Of a stretch of 64,000 nt of DNA, positions 56,202 to 64,000 are shown in pieces. The stretch's first letter is position 1, and each line of letters starts with the position of its first letter. The DNA is from the human T2T-CHM13v2.0 reference genome, Homo sapiens. The stretch lies in the NCBI RefSeq assembly GCF_009914755.1, contig NC_060944.1; one strand, written 5' to 3'. Both the position numbers and the translations under genes were made by a program. Under the pieces are notes generated by a model, which was not told the origin of the DNA, did not search any database, and worked only from the letters and a program-made list of their open reading frames with translations.

Positions 56202-56816
56202 CTAAGCGGTGTCCGTTGGTTTTCCTGTTGCGCCCGGGGTAGAAGTTTGAAGCTGAGCTTCAAGTGTTTGTCTTTCCCTTGGGAGAAGGAGATTTTCTAG
56301 CTCACCTCACATAGTGTGTAGACATCTGGGTTATCCTCGCTTCTCTAGAGAACTATAGCTGAGAAAATGAGAAGCCATCTCTGAGGAGTAATAACACACA
56401 GTGCTCTGAGAGGTTGAAACAGAAACTGAGGAAAAAAAACCAAGTTTTTCAAAGGTGGATTTAAACATGATCAGTTTTGCCATATCTGTGTTTTCTCTCT
56501 CCTACTGCAGGGCTTCCCAAACTTTAGTTATACACTGAAGCTTTTTTTCTCATTCCTCATGCCATATAAACGAAAACATATTTTCTTTAAATTGACTCAC
56601 GATTTCATTTGAAGTATCTAAAATAGACACTGACTATGACTACCATAAGTGGAAAATTAGTATTATGTCCCCCAAATAAAATGTAACATTAAAAAATAAA
56701 CCTGAAACAACTGTAAAGAAAGGTCTTACGTTCTAGCTAGATTCTGTTGCCTGCCTAAGATCCACACCCAAGGCCAGCTCACTCTGTTAAAAATATGTTA
56801 AAGGAATTCTAGCATC

Positions 56817-57123
<307 letters not shown>

Positions 57124-58089
57124 CAACACCAGAAAGAAATTCTGGCATCAAACTAAGGCTTTCTCTTTGATACATCCAGAAGCATTAGTTGATAATTGAA
57201 AGAAAATGGCAAAGGGAATAACTACCTCACCTTCTCAGTTGGTGACTGAATAGTATTTTAAGTTCACTTTATGCCCAGTGCAAACTTTTGTATCACCACT
57301 GGTAAGCATTTCATAACTTGTGAAACACTATCTGACTGTACTGTTATTCATTTATTGATTGAAAAGAAAATATTTTTATTACTACTTGTGTTACTCCACC
57401 AACCAGCTACTATACCAGCCTCTCACTGATTGAACAATTACCACACCATGCTATTTTTCTTGTTCCCTGACACAAGTTTTTGAACCATTCTTGTATACTA
57501 TTTTTCAATAATTCCTAGTTCCCCTTTTACAGATGATGAAAATAAGACTTAGTGAAGTTAAGAAACTTAGCCAAGCTTCACACCTAGTAAATATAGAGTT
57601 GAAATTCAAATGAAGTTTGGACATTACTTCTAAGAGCTTGAGGTTATCTATCCTTCAGATCAACCACCAAAGTTGATTTGATTTCACCCCTCAAGCCCCA
57701 AGGCTCCCACAACTTAAGAAACAAATGATTCTCCTGTCAGAGAACAAGGATAAAAAACTCCAGAGAAGTGCTATTTTTTCCTTAGCAACAAGGGGAGATA
57801 TGGTTCCAGATTCAGAATCAATCACAAATGTGATTTACATGGAACTGAATTTTTATCCAGAGGAAACATATTTACTTAGTAAATAGACCATCTTGAAGGA
57901 GAGCAAGAGTCCAGAAATAAAACAACTTTCATTCTGAGTAAGGGAAAATGTGGTGTGGGCCTTCTTCTCCAGTGATAGATGTACAGAATTTTATGGACCA
58001 ATTATAGCTGAAGAAGATTAGGTTTCTTTGAATTCCACAAGATGAAAGGTCCTGTCACTCCTTTATCAGCTGCCTTCTAGAAGTTTCCA

Positions 58090-58465
58090 GCCATTTACCT
58101 ATCTATCCCTTAAACCATCCACTCAGCCATTCATTCACTTACCTACCAACCCATTCATTCAGGTATGCAACTAACCATTCACCCAACAACTCACTAATCC
58201 ATCCTTCCACTCTCCTTCCATCCCTTTCTCCATGTATCCACTCCTCTCTCCATCCATCTGATCATCATCCATCCATCCATCCATCCATTCAATGATCTAC
58301 CCATCCATCTATCCATTCATCCATCCATCCATTCATCCAATCATCCATCCATCCACCCTACATCCATTCATCCATCCATTCATGCATCCAATTATCCATT
58401 CAATCATCCATCCATCTATCCTACCATCCATCCAATTATCCATCCATCCATCCATCCATCCATTC
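58090..58465 (+). repeat. Degenerate (CCAT)n tract at the tail of a minus-strand L2 (about 58465-58860)
   Basis: Direct reading; followed by caaacatttattaagcac...tgccaggc, the reverse complement of an L2 3' end. Confidence 0.85.
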
Positions 58466-59712
58466 TTTTTGTTCTCCAAACATTTATTAAGCACACACCA
58501 TATGCCAGGCCCTGCATTAAGTACTAAGATTATAAAAGGATACAAAGATAAAAAGAGTACAATTTCTATCTGGGCTACAGACTAACAGGGAGAGAGGTAT
58601 GTATAAAGTGAAAAGAATGTGCAAATAGCAGGAAATAAAGGGGGCATATGAGGCCAAGAATGAGATGTGCTCTCTCAGCCTGAGGTGGGGAGTAAGGCTT
58701 TCTGAAAGAAGCATCTTATAAATTGAGAGTTGAATAAAAAGGTGGCATTGGTCAGATGAAAGCCAGAGGTCTGGCAGGGAGAGGAAAGTTGATTTCAACA
58801 CAGCCAGCCACATGTGCAAAGGCCGAGCATCCATAGCGTTTCTAATGGTACAGTGCTGGAATATATAAGCTCTACATTTTGGGTTCTTAAGGGATTGTCT
58901 CATTCCTGATTGAGCTTCCTGAATTCAGATCCTTGCTTGGGCTCTCCCTACCTAAAGACTTGGATTTTCATTTGTGTTTGCATTCAGATGTTGACTGAAT
59001 CTTGGTCAATATTGTCCCAGATTGTTTGGTACCAGGCCTAAATGCCACAGTATTACTCAGAGCAATTAACCTTTAGTCGTCAACCCAACATATTCACCAT
59101 ACCCCTGTTGAACAAGAGACTGGGCTTTTCTCCAGCTCATTTCTCCTGGCCCAGGCTGCCTACTGGCAGACTTGTAATGCAGAATTATTTTGCCTGCAGC
59201 AAATATTATGGAAGCTTTCTTGGAGGTCTGAGGTTAAACCAGTGCAGAGTTTGCTTTTTGCGTCTTCTTGGCATCCTCAATGGGGACATCATATGCCCCA
59301 GCCTTTTTCTGGTGAGGCTAAACATTGGAAACCAATATCTGTTTCCTTCACATTTTTACATAGGATACAACTTCATAGCATGTTGGCACTCATCATTTGG
59401 AATAGTAATTCGGTGGGCAATTCAAACCTGTCACTCTCAAAATGTTGTAGTGCCTGACACTGGATTTGTTTGTAAACTTAAGAAAAAGTGTGTTGGAATT
59501 GGAAGGGCTGTGTGACTTTGGGCAAGTTACTTAGAGTCTCTGGGCCTCAGTTTTCTCCACCTGTAATAGTAGGCACAATAATATACCTACCTCATGGAAT
59601 TTTTACACAAGTTAATATTTGAAGTGTTCAGAACAGTTCCTAGAATACAGCAAGCATAGAAGTGTTTGTTAAATAGAATTAAAAAATAGGAAAGAGGTCT
59701 AGAGTAGTGAAA

Positions 59713-59841
59713 TCCATTTATGCCTAGTGTTCCATGATTGGAACACTAAGCATGTGGGAGTTATCTATATCCTACTGCTCAAGGTCATTGCCAAGGTCTG
59801 ATTTTTCAATTCAAAAAATTGCAACTTCAGGCATAAATGGG
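59713..59841. mobile_element. MER85 (piggyBac/PGBD3-related MITE) inserted in a MIR
   Basis: TIRs (t)ccatttatgcct / aggcataaatggg; right flank TTAA at 59842-59845; internal palindrome gttccatgattggaac. Confidence 0.9.
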
Positions 59842-61267
59842 TTAAAAGCAAAGGTGCAGGAGCCAGATAGATTTAGGTTCTGATGTGAACTCTGCCATCT
59901 TCTCACTGTGTAGCCTTGGGAAAGCTAATTAACCTCTCTGACAGTCCAGTTGCTGTGAAAATGAGGCTATGACAGTTCCTCCCTCTTAGGATGGTGTGGG
60001 GTTTAAATGAGATAATGCACAGCACGCGCTTGGCAAGGTGCTGTCATAAAATATATGGTGGTTGTTTGCTTCTATGTCATTATTATTCAACTTAAGGTCT
60101 GAGTTGGCCAGAATGAGGAATTATGAAATCACATTTGCAAGAGGAAAGTGAAGCCCTGTCCCTGGGAATCCCAGCCGTCTGCCCTTCTCCTGCATGTCCT
60201 CCAGCATCCACTCAGGGATAGGAATCTCTGCAGGTGGGAGAAGGGGCCTCGGTTACTTCTGACAACGGTCCTGGGCCACAGGTCCTATTGTCCTTACTTT
60301 ATAAACGTGGGCCCTGAATGTTTGGTGACCTGCCTAAGGTGACCCAAGCACTACGTGACAAAGACAGCATTTGAGCCCCTGTCCCCTGCCCCACTCTTGG
60401 CATGCACACGCAGCCCTGGAATCAGACAGGCCTGGGTTTGAATCCTGGCTTTGATACTTCCTGCCTGTGAGACTGACAGTGAGTCACTTCATTCCCTTCA
60501 GCTCCAAATTCTTCGTCTGTCGAGATGACTAGCAATGGCTGCTCTCAGGGCTTTGGAGAAGATCGTGTAAGGCAGAACATAAGAAGCGTTCAGCGTCATG
60601 CCTGGCCCACAGTGAGTGCTTCATCGATGCCTGGCACATAAACTTACTGTAATGTACACTGCTCTTATTACTCAGCACATTCTCAACGCTACTCTAGATT
60701 TCCAAAAGAGGAGAGATTTTTGAAAGCCGGGACCTCCAGCTTCCTCACCCTAGAATGATACATTTATGACTGCCAATTTCCTGGGAATCGTATTTTTTTT
60801 TTCTTGTCTGGGTTACAGTGTGTAAACGTTCATAAAAGGACACTGCCCTGTTTGAAAGCCAAGAACAGCTGTTCGGAGAGCATGTGTTGTAGGGAACTTC
60901 TCAAACAATCGCACACCCTGGCCACCAAGTTTGTTTTCTGAAGGGTGGCTTTGGATCCTTGACAATATCTATTACGAAAAAGAAAGTGTTTCAGGCACTG
61001 GGTCCTTCCCCATCAGTTTCTACTTCTATGACTGTGGAATTATAAGTCAGTGGATGAAATCCATGAGAGCCATCCAGTGGTGTATCAGCAAGGGTCAAAA
61101 TGACACAGATGACACACTCGAATATGAGGATAATTCAAGGGACATTCACTGCCTGACAGATTAATTACCAACCTTCGAGTGGGGCGTAGCAGGACAGGAT
61201 AACCTGGAAACCCAGGGGTAGCAACAGTGGACCCCAAAGACAGAGCATGGGATAAAGCTATATCCAC

Positions 61268-61550
61268 TTTTTTTTTTTTTTTTTTTGAGACGAAGTCTTT
61301 GTCTGTCGCCAGGCTAGAGTGCAGTGGCGCGATCTCAGCTCATTGAACCTCTTCCCAGGTTCAAGCCATTCTTCTGCCTCAGCCTCCTGAGTAACACAGG
61401 TGTGCGCCACCACACCCGGCTAATGTATTTTTAGTAGAGATGGGGTTTCACCATGTTGGCCAGGATGGTCTCGATCTCTTGACCTCATGATCCACCCTCC
61501 TCGGCATCCCAAAGTGTTGGGATTACAGGCGTGAGCCACTGCACCTGGCC
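61268..61550 (-). mobile_element. AluSc-type with small deletions
   Basis: gtcgccagg and ggccaggatggtctcgatctcttgacc. Confidence 0.88.
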
Positions 61551-63091
61551 CAGTATCTGCTTTAAGAACAGAACAGGGATTTTCTGTCTAAGGATGCTGC
61601 CAATCTGAGGTTACCTCACTCTCCTCCCTTCCTATAATTTCCTACCTGGGATCCTCAGCAGCCAAGCCCAACCAGAAGCCCAAGGATAGAACACTACATC
61701 AATTGTGTGTTGCCATCATCCATACATGTTGGCCTTGGGAAACAGAGAGCAGAGATGGGTGGGAAGTGAACCAGGAGGGGCACACAGAAGCAATGCGGCA
61801 GGGGAGGTGAGGGCAATGAGCTGCGTGGATTCAGAGGCACTGGAGAAGCTAGTCCCATTAAGATCAATCAGACTGATCAACTGTTGAGCTAGCAATTCAA
61901 AGTACCAACTAAAGTTGGGCAAATTTTCTACAATAGCAAGCGTGTCATGCTGCATTGCGATCTAAAAAACACTATATCTTTTGTGAGGCAATATATCGTA
62001 AAGCCCAGATAGCAGAATGATTGGCCGAAGTAAAATAGATCATATTATTCACCTCTACTTTACAGTTTTACTGGATCGACTTTTCCTCCACTCCATCCCG
62101 AGGATGCTCACAGCCCTGACAGTCAATGGGAATTGGCTATTCCCTGGTCTGGGTACTCTTTTTATCGACGTGTTGATTTTTAGGCCTAGTAACTCAGTTG
62201 TGTTTGCTCCCATGCCTGCTTATGCCTGCAGTACCTGTTAATGGCAATTGAAATAATTAATACCTAATTCAGTAAACTGTAAGGATAAAAATAAAGAGAG
62301 TTGTTACTTCTGTGAAAATTCAGTTACATTCTGTGGGGAAATAAAATCAGCAAAGGCCAACCATTATAAAAGAATTGCAGTCAAAGTATGTGTGAGCCAG
62401 GCAATTGTTAAATGATGGGGGAATCATAAGAATCTAGAAGGATTCTATTTATAATTTATGGTTGGTAGTCCCAGGTCATTCCCTTGCTCCCAATTCAAGC
62501 CCGTAGCCAGGCTTTTAACATTCTTCCCTTGGGGGATTTTTCAAGGGTGACAGATGCTTCTGCTCTGTGGTCAATTGCTAAAATGGAGAAGAGGAATCCA
62601 AGCCTTGCTCATCTTCTGGAATTTTCCACATCTCTTTCCTTTCATCCAAAGACTTTGCTTGTGCTTCTTTCCCTCTTGTGCTCCAGGGACACCTTGGAAA
62701 CTTCCTTCATTGATCTTTTAATATTACCAAGAATGGGACATGCCCTTTTCATCTGACCATTTCTGCTTTATACCTGAGGTATACTGAAGATTCCCTGAGG
62801 TAACTGAGAAGGCTTTGAGTATGAATGTCCCTCCTCTCTGCTCATGTGGAATTTTTCTCACTTGCCATGTTACCTTTGGACAATTTCGTTCTATGCCTGC
62901 CTCTTCTCTAGACAGTAAGCCCCTGAGGATGGGGAACATCTCTCATGCATCTTGGTCCCTTCAATGTCCTGGAATTGCTCTGGAATATTCTAAGCAGTCA
63001 GTGAATGCTTGTAAAATCATCTGAAAAGTTTTTGAAAATTATTGCTGGAGACACCAAAGGACCCAAAGATTTTGCATTTATAAGTAATAAC

Positions 63092-63616
63092 ACGTTATCC
63101 AAGCTCTTTAGACCCGAAGGATGTCTGGATGGGGCTATGGCGAACACACCTGATAGCAATAACTTAAGCATACCTTTAGAATGACCCTGTATGGCAGATG
63201 AACCTCGATGTGTGTTCCGAGATAGGGGATATGGAAGTGGCCAGCCTAGAGAGTCATTCCCTGTCTATGAAGAACACCTGAGCCCCGGGGCCATCCACTG
63301 GAACATGGACCACAAAGGGGATTGAGGCCCTGAGTGTTGGGTTGAATGACTGCCAGGTGGAGGTTGTTAGGGGGAGGGTGCTACATGAAAGTGCTATATA
63401 AACTCCTTGTCTTTTGCAAGCTATTGCGGTTCTTCTGCTCAGCTCACCGCCACTGGGCCACGTGGTTCTCATGTCCAGTCCGCTGCCACTGAACTCTCTC
63501 CCCAGTACGTAAGTCCCCAGTAAAACCCCATGTCTTGATTGCTGGCTCTGGGTCTCTTCTTCAGCCTCTTGAACCTGGAGCCAACCTATTGGAGTCAATA
63601 GGGGTTTGGTGTAACA
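63092..63616 (+). mobile_element. LTR32-like ERVL solo LTR
   Basis: aacttaagcatacc...gaatgaccctgtatggcaga...tatataaa...gctggctctgggtctcttcttc...cttgaacctgg...taaca. Confidence 0.7.
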
Positions 63617-64000
63617 GAGGACTAAGCTTGTTGAAGATCAGATTTGAAAAAGCAAATAATCAAAAGTAGAAAAGAGCAGGACACTGCTAGGTCATGCATG
63701 ATGGCCTCAATAAGTTTGTTCCATTTTTTCCTTCTAATGACTTATTTCTTTTCTTTGCCTGAAAGATTTATGTATCTGTAGGGAATACTTTTGGGTGCAA
63801 GTAGCAGAATGCCCAACAAACAGTAGTTTAAACTGTAAGTTCACTTATTTATTTCTTAAGAAGTCCACAGCTCAGCAGCCCAAAGGTGATACAGTGGCTT
63901 AATAATGTCATCAAGGAAAGAACATCTTCCTGTCTTTCCACTGAATTATCTTCAGAGCACTGGCTTTTTGTCCTGGGCTCATAATCTTGCAGTTGTCACT

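Noticed and set aside
59042-59515. 157-aa ORF in upstream unique sequence
   Set aside because: No recognisable homology or exon structure, and it ends in a MIR.
60862-60875. AGAACAgcTGTTCG resembling an androgen/glucocorticoid response element
   Set aside because: The spacer is 2 bp rather than the required 3; it is just a 12-bp palindrome around an E-box.

Overview
Human genomic DNA covering the 5' part of BCAS1 (breast carcinoma amplified sequence 1, 20q13.2) on the minus strand plus about 19 kb of upstream sequence. I can reconstruct a non-coding exon 1 (donor at 44341/44340), exon 2 with the ATG (32617-32541), exon 3 (32048-31979) and a large exon 4 (2831-2251). Spliced, these give the first 241 codons (MGNQMSVPQRVEDQ...DDVPAGK) with canonical GT-AG junctions and matching phases; the gene continues off the left edge. 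The MIR4756 hairpin lies in intron 1. The rest is mostly interspersed repeats: a 4.4 kb decayed L1, about 18 Alu/FLAM copies, four THE1 solo LTRs with perfect 5-bp TSDs, other MaLR/ERV LTRs, MER20/MER45/MER53/MER58/MER85/MER96/Tigger/Charlie DNA elements, and many MIR/L2 fragments that are not all listed. There is also a 62-bp x ~11 minisatellite about 2 kb upstream of exon 1. I see no CRISPR array or convincing new multi-gene system. The best leads are regulatory or structural: the E-box minisatellite, sense-oriented THE1 LTRs, a possible stop-free exon 2-3 circle, an Alu-associated deletion, a fold-back rearrangement in an L1 3' end, and a MER85. Repeat subfamily names come from recalled consensus sequences, not from a RepeatMasker run.
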